DNA of 64,000 nucleotides from assembly GCA_051294905.1 (NCBI GenBank), contig CM119372.1:33544001-33608000 (forward strand), in the 5' to 3' direction. A program made the translations under genes and the position numbers. How positions within the stretch are numbered: position 1 is the first letter of the stretch; the number at the start of each line of letters is the position of its first letter. Under the pieces are notes generated by a model that did not search any database, was not told where the DNA came from, and was given only the letters and a program-made list of their open reading frames with translations. The DNA is from Botryllus schlosseri. Lineage: Eukaryota. Shown one piece after another: positions 53,214-64,000 of the stretch.

Positions 53214-54414
53214 AGTATTTAACGTAAGACTAGTAGACTTATAACAACCAAATACGCCTTAATACAACCAAATACGGTAAGTAGTGAACAACACATGGAA
53301 TAGATATCAATTTATACGCAATTAAATGGAGAAGAAAGGGACTATATGTAATGATAATTGTGCATGACTCGAATCAAGCCATATGATTCGAGACTATAAG
53401 ACGGCCAAGAACGACATTTCATTGTAATTTCGAAGAACAGTAAAGTGACCACCCTATTGGAATTTCGTCTATTGATCCTGGTATTTGACAATGCGACAAG
53501 AAACTGCTAAAAGTGAGAAAAATTAGTATATCATAAATCCAAATCATTCAATATCACCAAACAGTGTTGACTGGAGTGTGACTTGGACTCGGACTCGACA
53601 CATAGTACCATGACTCGGACTCGACCCCTGCTCGGTGACTTGGACTCGGACTTGACTCAATGATGACTTGAAAATGACTCGACTTGACTCGAGTCAAAAC
53701 TATTAAAGCCTCGTGATTTGGTTGCAGCCTTGATATATAACATACAAGTGATCAGATTCCCTGCTGGAGCTCATTGAAATTTAGGACACCCATTACGTTT
53801 CGGCAACATTGCACCAAGTTTACCATATCTTTTTTCGATCGGGTAGCTGTTCACTGAAAATAAAGCAAGGCTAGCGATCTCTTTGACTTGAATCGATGAC
53901 GTTGGAATATTTTGTCACTGTCTGAAAATGTTGACTTGAAAATATAAGATAAATACTTCCACTAGAGGCCTTGTGATAGACACGGCACGACATTTGCTCG
54001 CTTAGGATATATTTGATTGAGAGGCCGTCGCTGGCCTACAAAATTGTCTTGCGAACTGCAGCACATCTGATCTAATTTTTAAAAAATGGGTGGGGGGGAA
54101 TTGTATGTGAAAAAGAGATTTCAAATAGCATTTGAACATACTTTCAGCAAACAAAACAAACCATAAGGAGCATACGTTCGGATATAACTGGTTGACTACA
54201 TGACAGTTCGGACATGAACAATTTAGGAAATCCAATTCTAAAGTGGAATTCATCCCTAAAAATTGCAAAATTCCCCCCAAGGGGGAATTCCTCCCCGGTT
54301 GGGAACCACGGCATTAGGTTAACGTTACGCGTTAATGATTTTTCTGAGATTCGTAGTAAACAACCAACGCACAACTGTGACATCACAAGCACCGTCTGGT
54401 TTAGTAGGTACGGT

Positions 54415-55710
54415 CAAAGAATGTAGAAGGACAAGAAGTGCGAGGTCATTGTGTCGTCATTTCATTGTTACGTATGGAGTCCGCCATTTTGGTCTCAAAA
54501 GCTGCAACGATCTGCCTTCGGTTTGCCTACAGACGCGCTCACCGGTTCTATTAAAATGTATTTTTTGGATAATTTCACCCTTTATTTATAAAGTCCGACT
54601 ATGAGTGATTAATTTATACTCCAATTAATCATTACTAAGAAACTGGAACGAGCCTCAACCCGAGAATATATTAAAAAAATAAGATAAATGTTCCTGGTAT
54701 CAGAGGATTACTCAGATATCTACACTATCGAATGTTTACATTCGATATAGAAACACTGTTGGAGCTCAAAAACTACCCATGCTTTCCAAATGAAAACCTG
54801 ATTTTCAGTGCTGACATAATTGTATCACCGGCCCATCTGCATCCAGAGGCCTGCTCTTCTCTTTTCAAAGCCTGAATCTGATCCTTGTTGAATATAACCT
54901 TCCTATCCGCCTCCATCTGTTCCTTGCTATCCGAGCTTACATGCAAGTACCAAAACGATCATAAATTGTACAATTCCGCTATTAATCACATTTGGGTATC
55001 TTGTATGGTTTTCATTGTGTATTTGTATCGACAAAATGCTACAATTAATTTCACAAGGATTTCGCATTACCAGCGATTTCAACCGCGCAATTTCTTCATC
55101 TTTCTCCCTGAATTTGTTTGCACTGTATTCCGTGGCACACAAGACCTAAACAGGTGATAAGGGTGACTCTAAACTTTTAATAATAATAATAACGCGCAAT
55201 TTCTTCATCTTTCTCCTGACACCGGCCTTGTAGCTGCAGATTGTAAGATGGGTGACTTTATATCGTAGTGGGTGGTCTATGCTGTTACAGTATCTATGCG
55301 GAAAGTTCCTATCGGCAATATTGAATCTTACTAGCTCCATCTCCTGCTTCAACAGGATACAATTCTCACAATGAGAAGCCTTTAGGTTGAGATTCTAAAT
55401 ATATCGCCATATGTAGACCTACAATTCGGTGCAGCCCAGAAAGGCATTTTGTTGTGGTAGTCCGGAGTGATCTGAAATAAAAACGACCAGCAGACAACGA
55501 AAATACATAAATTCACCTTGGTTTCTATGTCCAATATCCCAGTTGCGAGCGTAATCCCATAAATATCACTGTCAATATGACCGAAAACTACAGCCGCACG
55601 CATAGGTTCAGGCTGTTTTTGTGGTCTTTTGAGACCAAAATGGATGCCGCTGCGTAACAGTGGCGTGACGCAACGATGACCTCGCACTTCTTGTCCTTCT
55701 ACATTCTTTG
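54415..55710 (-). mobile_element. P-element-superfamily non-autonomous derivative with a THAP-like remnant
   Basis: TIR CAAAGAATGTAGAAGGACAAGAAGTGCGAGGTCAT; perfect 8-bp TSD GGTACGGT; CA...TG ends. Remnant MPFWAAPNCRS on the minus strand resembles a THAP N-terminus. Confidence 0.8.
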
Positions 55711-58700
55711 GGTACGGTAAGTAGTGAACAACACATGGAATAGATATCAATTTATACGCAATTAAATGGAGAAGAAAGGGACTATATGTAATGATAAATG
55801 TTTCTGTATGAAAAAACGACCGAAATCAAACATTATACCGCAGTGGCCAGTAAATATTATTGGTGGCATGTCAGCGGATGAATACCACTTATTTCGAAAT
55901 CATTCGAGTGTCGTATCGTCGTCGTCGTCGTCTGGCCATTATTGAGATGTGAGCAATGGGTGGAGCGAAGCTTGTTGTGCTTGAAGAAAGTGGACACGAT
56001 CGTTGAAGACTCCAAGGAATGCTGAATGCGATACGCATCGTTAAAGGTACAGTACTACATAGTATTCGTTACCGTGAATATCTACAACTGACTGTGCACA
56101 CCACCGCCCACCGGGATGACTTTGATTTCATGATTGAAATATTTCATTCGCCGCATTCTCTGTTCTATTTTGGGATATTAGTCGACTTATGTAGTGAACT
56201 GTGACACCACATACTCCGCCGTCGAGGAGTTGAAACTGTTGGCTTGTTAATGTCATTTTCGGGCCATAGCATAGAGATGTTTTCATTGCTGGATTTGTTT
56301 GGCACTCATGCCACCTCAAATGATGAACCTTTTACTTCAATACATAAGATCAGATGGTTCTTAACCTGGGGAACGCAAAGTCTGTGTGAATTCTGACTAA
56401 ACATGTGTTTCGCAACCATTTTCAGAAGACGAGTGTTGAAGATGAAACTTATTTCGTATGAAGAAAACTTGCCAAATTCCAACTCCAGCAGTCGCACTCA
56501 ACTTCATTTGAGCAAATTTTTGATATTCTTTGAAGATTTAGAGGAATTCCCACGTGTAAGTCATTCATTACTTCATAGCTTTGGCAGTAGCCTAAAGCTC
56601 GGTGCGCTGGGTCGCTGTTGTTAATAGCTGGCAAGCTGCACTGCGTAAGACAGACTTGGATGCAATATAGGTTGTTCGGTTTTGCCCTCAATTAAGCTAC
56701 CCTATATCAACACAATTTAATTCAATTCCAAAACTGATCAAATTGGGCATGGCAGTACAGAACGACGCCTTGTTCTCTGTAGTCACTACCAGCATTTGGA
56801 TTAGTCTCAGTGCAACCTACCTTGAAATAGATTGATGTCCTGTTCAATGTTTTTTTTGCTATTTTCAAACAAGTTTGGGGAAATTTGTCAGAAATGTTAA
56901 AGACTGGAATAATATACTATTACATCTGCTGCCGTAGAAGGGAATTAGTGCGGCCGCCGACACCTAATTCAATTAGTATGTGCTAGCATCCGTCGACATG
57001 CAAATTGAAAGTACTTATTTACTCCCCATATTTTTAAGAGATTTTAATTAATCTTGAAATTTTCTTCGCGCTCCGCGCAATTCAACATAACTTAATTTCT
57101 CGATTCTAATATAGTAGCGCCCTTCTAAATCTGAGCAGGAATCAGTATCGTGTGTTCTCGAAAGAAATTTTTTTATGGTACATTTGGGTGATTTCAATAT
57201 ATTTCCACTACCGATACGATGGACAATCCTGATGGGGGGGTCATCAAGTAACAGCATGCAACAAAGTGCATGACTAATAACAATTGGCCCACACGAAGAT
57301 CCATTATCATATATAACTTGCCGTAAATTTTCGAAAGTACTCCGTCCATGAACCCTACCGGTGAATCTGATCATATGGGCTGAAAAAGGATAAATATTTG
57401 ATAGTAATACGTGATACTGCTACTATTACTTACGGTATTCATTCGTGAATCTAAAAAACTTTCGCGCTCCGCTCTGCGCAAAAATATGAAATCCCAGCAA
57501 CTACTCATAGCATTGCCACTCACGATTTCGGTGCGTACAATAGCCCTTTGTGAAAAGTATAATAGTCCAGAGTTCACCGGGAATGGCTATGGACATTGGA
57601 CGGATTAACATAGCCTATTTCTATGTTAGATGATGTGCTCTTTTTGACATGACGATAAGTGCAGGGGCGCAATTTTTTTGGCCATCGCCAAGGGGGGCGC
57701 ATGTCCAAAAAGGTTGAGAACCACTGCATTAGAGAAAGTAAGTCATGAATCTCTGCTATATCATGTAAAGGGCGGAGCCGTCATCACACAATGTACCAGT
57801 ACCGGTACTTCAAAAATTGTTATATTTTTGTTAGCCTATTTGTCTTAGTAGTCTTTATAATGTCATGTCTAGGTTAGGAACTTTGCTTATAGGGACTTAC
57901 GCATGAATTCTTTTTAGTGGAACTGCAAGATACTAGTTACACAGAAGGAATGAGGACGAGAAAAAGAAGCAATTTGAAGTTTGGCCTATGGTGGGAGACC
58001 ACTCGTGTTACTGCATCTCTCCTAAAGAAGAATTAGACCTCCAGCAGCAATACTTTTCCATCGATAACCTTCTCATCGTGAATCATGAATGAATATACAG
58101 TTTGTTCCAATGTCGTTTTGGGGGTGTGAAGAAGCTTTTGCGATATTTTAGCGTCGGGTTGCTTTGCGATAGGTATGGGATGTAGGCTACGTGAATTTAT
58201 AAGCTGGTATGTAATCCTGATTTACGCAGACAGCATGTATGTTGGTAGGCGGTAAAGTTACAGTCACTGTGGCAAATATACAGGAGAAAATGTAGATTGG
58301 ATATACCGGAGGTGACTGTAACATACAGTCTGGCGTGTAAAGTGAGATTACTGGTCGAGTGCAAGTTAAATTTACATTGACTAACGGTAATGTTACATTA
58401 CCACGAAATGTCTGGCTACCGTGCTTTCAAACATTTCGCGGTAAATCGAGTTTTTTTTTACAGTGTAGTATCTATGTACTATGATGTTTTAAGCTTAACC
58501 TGTTTGGAGGGATTTTATAGTGCAACTTTTGCAACTTTTCTATATTTTTCATACCAATTTTTGCTGTAACTTTGGTCAAATAATGCGTCAAAATTTAAAG
58601 GAGGGGTTTAAAAACATGCTAGAGACCATTTCTAACATGGTTCTATTCTCTTTCATTTACGTAACAAAGAGCTATATGATGGGTTAGCTGCATCATCTTA

Positions 58701-58767
58701 GACGCAATGGCTTGCAAGCAAGAAGTTCAACTACCCCTGTCAAGCACGACCGTGTCCGAGCAATGTG

Positions 58768-59301
58768 TAGAGGTGGTCAAAGTAGTCAAGAATGCTACTC
58801 AAGTAGAAGTAGCGACGAAAAAATCTACTCAAGTACAAGTACTTCTATCATGAGCAACCTAAAACTACTTGAAGTAGAAGTAGAATTGACTGACTTTAAA
58901 AGTACTCAAGTAAGTAAGTAGTTGTGAAAACGATCCTGATTGGATGGATTTAAAAAAGGTGCAAATTGAGCTATGTGATAGGTGACGAGATGATTCATAT
59001 TGATGCTTACCAGCAGGTATCCAATTTTCGAAAATTCTGTGCTTTACTAAACTTTTATGAAAATTAAATGTTAATACTCCGTGAAAACAGCTCCGAAATT
59101 CCTCAGGCTATCTTCCTGATTGGAAGATTGAACTACTTCTACTTGACAAACTGAAAATAGCGAAAAGTAAGTAAGTAGATCACAAAATATTAAGAAGTAG
59201 AAGTAGCGACAATCAGATATACTTGAGTAAGTACCAGAAGTAGAGGAAAACTACTTGAGTACTTTGAAAAAGTAGAAGTGCTTCGTTACTGACCACCTCT
59301 G
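58768..59301. mobile_element. hAT MITE with AGTAGAAGT/TACTTG repeats
   Basis: TAGAGGTGGTCA...TGACCACCTCTG; TSD GCAATGTG/GCAATATG. Related fragments at ~14400-14560, ~21960-22110 and ~36280-36830. Confidence 0.85.
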
Positions 59302-59457
59302 GCAATATGTAAATAGATCGCTTTATCAATTCTGTCGTTTAAATTTGAGAGATTTTCCCATTTCACGAACGCCCAGGCGAGACCGCCGAAAATTACGTTT
59401 TCACTGGATCACCTTATTCAGGCTATAGATTGTGTTAAAGCAATGATATATATACAA

Positions 59458-62400
59458 TAGGGTTGTTCAAAATTTGGAAAATGTTTGGAATACTGCGTAT
59501 CCGTGGCTTATTCTGTAGATTATTAAAAAACAATAATGGGCCTGAAAGAAGCTCGCAGGAAAGCCGGTAATATTTGTCTAAATGCGTTTGAAAGTAGCCG
59601 TCGGCGAGTGGGCGGGGCATCGATGAAGTGGGCGGGCAAACAGAAGCCAATAATCTTGATTGGTTGAAGTCGGTAATAATAAGCTACTGATTGGCTGAAA
59701 GACCGACTTTGTGAACACTGCTGGTAACGATTTCTGTGTGCTGTTGTTCAGCCGTTTACGTTGGTGGCATTGCAGACACGATATATTGCCTTTGTTAATC
59801 TTGTCATCGAGAGTCCATAGTACAACATTGCAACCCCCTAAGTTATTATGTAGCTGCAGAACGTATATAACAGTGTTGCTATGTATTGCACAGGTGCTTC
59901 TCATAGTTGAGATACGAATAAACTAAATACATGCATCTTGCTGCCTTCGACCTTTCCAAAACTTACTGACAGTGAGTGAAACTCAAAAATTTCCCACCAG
60001 TAGTCAACATCTCAGAAGTACTTGTTATGTTTAGTCGACGTCTCACTAATAAACGAACGCATTTTACATTTTTTATTCACAATTGAATGAAGACAAAAAG
60101 CACTATTTACAACAGACATTAAAAAAGTACGCTGCAGGATCAGTGTTGCATTGTCAGGCACAAGTTGCAGATTACAGGCTTTTGATTAGAGACGACTTCC
60201 TGTTGTCTCCAACTGTCTTCATATGCTAGGCTTACCATACGTCCTCTTTTAAGAGGATTTGTCCTCTTTTTTGACTTTTTTGAAAGTGTCCTCGGAGGAC
60301 GCCCTTTTGTCCTCTTTTTTGAGATTTTGTCCTCTTTTTTGAAAATTTAGGTCAGATATAGAGGAAATTGCGAGTGATATGCCGCAAATTAGCGCAGAAG
60401 TGAAGCTCCGGCGGGTATTTCGGAGGAAAAAGCGGTGATTTCAGCTCTGAGCGAAATGAAGACCTTTTTTTTTTTTTTTTAGTCATCCACCTAGCAATGT
60501 GGAGTTAAAAACGTGTTTTTGAGCTCTGAGCAGAAGTGATGACCTTTTTTTTTTTTTTTTTAGTCATCAACCTGGCAATGTGGAGTAAAAAACGTTATTT
60601 TGAGGTCTGAGCAGAAGTGATGACCTTTTTTTTTAGTCAACCGATCACAAAGTGGGAAAAATTATCCGTTTTTGAGAATTTCACTCCGGTTTTGCATGTC
60701 TGAAATTTCTGAAAAAGTGTCCTCTTTTTTCATTTCCGAAATATGGTAAGCCTATCATATGCTGTTCCACAGCTTGAAGCAGACTGTCTCCATGTTGTTC
60801 ATTGTCAGTCAAGACTGCAGCATAGTCTGTGCTTAGCTTTAGCCTACACCTCGCTCTGCGACATCATTAACGACTTTGACAGAATTGATGTAGGAGCTCA
60901 TTCTGGTATGGGAATCTGATAAGTTCCAATCATCAACCAGTTGAGTTAGCCACATCCCAGAGCATTCGAAAAGATCAAATATGTACCACGACTGTGGCCC
61001 AATAAAATCAGACAAAGTAATGTCCTTGTTGATTCGTACAGTTACACTTAACGAGGCCGGGCCCCTTCTGAGACTTGAAGTTTGCTCTACTCGCAGTAGC
61101 GTCTTTGCCATATTCTCTCGAGTTTCGATGCTTTCACTCAGCGAAGGCATATACAGCGGTTTCCTCCACGATACAGCAGTCATACTTTATTAGCTGTTGT
61201 AAAGCAGCTTTGGAAATTTGTTCCTTGCGACTCAACATGTCCTGGGTGAATCTAAAGTCATTACCGGCTGCATCACGACCGATGCTGGAATCAACCCAGG
61301 CAGGTATATAAAAGTGAACTAAATACAAATTGAAGCGATGCAGTAGTTCCTCTTCTTCAGATTTGTAATGTTACTGATAAGCCCACATGAACATCTTCTG
61401 AGCATACAGAATTGTGCGCATCCATCTTGCATGGTGTGTCGCACCAGGTTTGTGATGATGTATATCTTCACCTGCACCGAGAATAGCAAGAGCAATAGTC
61501 ACACATTGTCTGTAGTCATCCCGTGTGAAGAAATCTGGGAAGAAATCTTTTCTGGTCAGTAGTAGCTTGGAGTTATCAGCTGTCATTGCTGCTCGTTCTT
61601 TAAAACATATAGGAATAGGGATAGGGATATAGGAATAGGCACAACGTCTTGAATGGCTGTTTTCTATCAAGACGGCTCAAGCTCTTAAGGTGGGCATACC
61701 ATGTGATCACGCCATCTTTCGTGTAGGTTTTGAAGTGATCGCACCACATGTGATGTCTGCATTGTCGCAATCCTCGCCATTTTCCACACTGTCATTACAT
61801 CATCCACCACCACATTACATAGTTCATGAGTAGGGGTTGACTGAGGACGATGCTCATTCAGATGCAGAAAGCATCTCATTACTTGATCTACTCATTACTT
61901 GATCTAAATCTGAGCAGTACTGTACTTGGTCGGATATACTTGCGATTACATCTGTGGCTCGAGATTACCAACTATATGAGAAGTAATGAGATGCTTTCTG
62001 CATCTGAATGCTCATGAATTGTTCTTCGCTGCGGCATGTGTACAATCCTTCGCCGTTTTGCCTCTGCCATGACTGCAATATTGTTGCTCCAAATCATAAA
62101 CTAGGCTACTGCTATCGACTCTAAAGCATTCAAAGAACACGTGTTACAGTACTATTAATGACTCATCAACCCACAACGCGCTCGAACAGAACCACAGCCG
62201 CTACTAACAGACTCGACTTCAGCAAAGCAGACTTTATATTTAGTAAAGCGACGCACCCGAATTCGAGTCAGCTGTTGCAGTAATCATTGAAGCCTAGCCG
62301 ATTACCCAATCAAGAACCGTGCTGTCCGGATTCCCCGCCTTTTTGCAAGTCTGATGTCGGTGGCCCGCCCACTCTTCACCAACGACTTTCAAACGCATTT

Positions 62401-62529
62401 AGACAAATATTACCGGCTTTCCTGCGAGCTTCTTTCAGGCCCATTATTGTTTTTTTTTTAACAATAATCTACAGAATAAGCCACGGATACGCAGTATTCC
62501 AAACATTTTCCAAATTTTGAACAACCCTA
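59458..62529 (-). mobile_element. Decayed hATm-like DNA transposon with ~200-bp TIRs
   Basis: TAGGGTTGTTCAAAAT...ATTTTGAACAACCCTA; perfect TSD ATATACAA. Frameshifted transposase remnants KPGATHHARWM, FYIPAW and VVNDVAERGV at 60839-61880. Confidence 0.85.
60227..60754. mobile_element. hAT MITE (GTCCTCTTTT family) nested in the hATm-like element
   Basis: TAGGCTTACCATA...TATGGTAAGCCTA; perfect TSD TCATATGC; internal ~70-bp unit repeated three times. Confidence 0.92.
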
Positions 62530-64000
62530 ATATACAATGATTGGAAACTGCCACGCCCCTCAACGCTATAAGATAGGTTCCCGGCAAAATCAGTCCGTCG
62601 CGGGATATGCTTGAGTAGAGGTACGGGATTCCGTATGTCGATTGTGGTGGAGTGCTGCAATCGACCTTGCTAGCGTAATAATTCACTGATTTTCCCTGAT
62701 TGGTTTAGTTTTAGTTGGTTTCTTGAGCATAGTGAGGCAGTACTGCATACTATAGGATGTAATACAACTTAACGATGCACATTTATCAAAGTACCGACTA
62801 GCTGCGAGGCATTTTAGCATCGGTTGCAACCATGCATGTACGACACAGCCTAAAAAATTAACAGAGACTGTGCGTGAGCGTCAACATAGATGTGCAGAAC
62901 CTGGAAGGATTGTTAAAGGTCAACTGCATCTTTACAGACAACTTTGCGGAATCATGTTCAGAACTTTTTTTTATACCGAAATTACCAACTTTCCGTGTTT
63001 CAACTCAATCGGAAATTGCCGTAATTTTGACTGAAAGTCCCAATATTGGCATGTTTACAGAAAAAGCAGAATGTGCATCGTGACGTCAAGTACATGATAT
63101 CTATATTCTCACCACAGCGGATATATGTATTCGCCAAGACGCTGGGCGAATATTTGAGTTAGTTGTATGGCGAAGGACTCGCTTGTATGGTGTTGAAACT
63201 GAGTCTGAGTACTTGAATGTAAGTATGAAATGCGGACGCGCTTCAGGTGGGGATTCGCTCGATCCCACATCAGTGGAACCCCTATCAGCTTCGTATAATG
63301 ATAGGTCGGTTGGTAATCTGTAGTGTGATCAGCGTAAAAGCTAAATGAAATGCAGTATGGTAGCGGCCTATGTATAATTCGGTGGATTACTTCGTTTCAA
63401 ATAGGAATCTTGCTACAATCAATCACAGGTGTTAATATGGAGGTTGCCAGCTTAAATGCCAACTATCAGGGAGAGTTTGTGCTGACAGAATAAGAGTGAA
63501 TCACAGCATTACCATGATTTCAATCAGCTTGTTGGGATGGTGATGCATTAAAGATGTCTTACTATAGAACTGAACAGGATTATGGCCACAGAATTATAAC
63601 ATCTAGTTTGATGCATGAGTGAATGAGCCTCATTAAGATGAAACGGCGAGTCCGTTGCCAAGTAATTTCCTAACACAACTACACTTTTCAGGAAGCTGAG
63701 AAACACTGCACAGGAATTTCGTCCGATCGCTACGGGGATTCTGCAGAAAACAACACGGAAAATCCTGCCTGCGCATGTCGTTACTGCCATCCGATCAAAA
63801 GTCACATCCAGTAGTTTCAAAGGATTTCAATTTTGAAATGCTTCATTGTGAATGAAAATAGTTTTATTGAAAATAGTAAACGCAACAAACTAATCCATTA
63901 ACACTGCTACTGTATCAGGAAGAGAAATATATCGGGTTTTGTGTCCAGCAATATCATCATCCGAGCTAGTTTTGACGATGCCGCCACTCAAATAAAATTG

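Larger units (their letters stand above)
46168..53275 (-). mobile_element. Non-LTR retrotransposon (CR1/L2/Crack group), near full length, interrupted
   Basis: ORF1 plus an APE-RT ORF2. 3' end is AATAAA followed by a (CTGTCT)n tail at ~46168-46196. Short 5' UTR. Confidence 0.92.
46026..53732. mobile_element. GAGTC-array hAT MITE split by the LINE
   Basis: 46026-46168 and 53363-53732 join into the reverse complement of the intact copy at 23834-24397. Confidence 0.75.
45617..54311. mobile_element. hAT (Charlie/Buster-type) MITE split by nested insertions
   Basis: CAGTGGTTCCCAACC...GGTTGGGAACCACGG; perfect TSD CATTAGGT (45609-45616, 54312-54319). Confidence 0.85.
44993..58465. mobile_element. 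Putative CMC/EnSpm-like non-autonomous element enclosing the transposon nest
   Basis: CACTGTAAAAAA...TTTTTTACAGTG termini flanked by TA on both sides; TTAC/GTAA-rich subterminal regions. Both outer flanks carry TGCAACTTTTGCAACTTT. Confidence 0.6.

Noticed and set aside
56351..57726. Single hAT MITE (CAGATGGTTCTTAACC...GGTTGAGAACCACTG)
   Set aside because: The candidate TSD has two mismatches and the interior looks composite, so the ends cannot be paired confidently.

Overview
Eukaryotic (animal, probably invertebrate) AT-rich genomic DNA, dense in transposons, with three host genes: an intronless SLC49/FLVCR-like MFS transporter (-), a 9-exon peroxisomal sarcosine/pipecolate oxidase PIPOX (-, ending in the PTS1 signal SRL) and a 2-exon SDR (+) lacking the usual catalytic Tyr. 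The most striking structure is a 12.4-kb element (1047-13483) with no recognisable coding capacity. It has Polinton/Maverick-type termini (5'-AGTAGT...ACTACT-3'), a perfect 6-bp TSD (GATGTG) and near-identical inverted arms of about 4.6-4.9 kb. The element is built from older nested inversions and duplications and carries an inner 460-bp hairpin with a telomere-like loop. From 45 to 58.5 kb there is a six-level transposon nest (CMC-like > hAT > hAT > LINE > hAT > piggyBac), most levels confirmed by TSDs. The window also holds a P-element derivative, a decayed hATm-like element and many hAT MITEs. Coordinates were read by eye; family assignments rest on terminus/TSD rules and motif recognition, not database searches.
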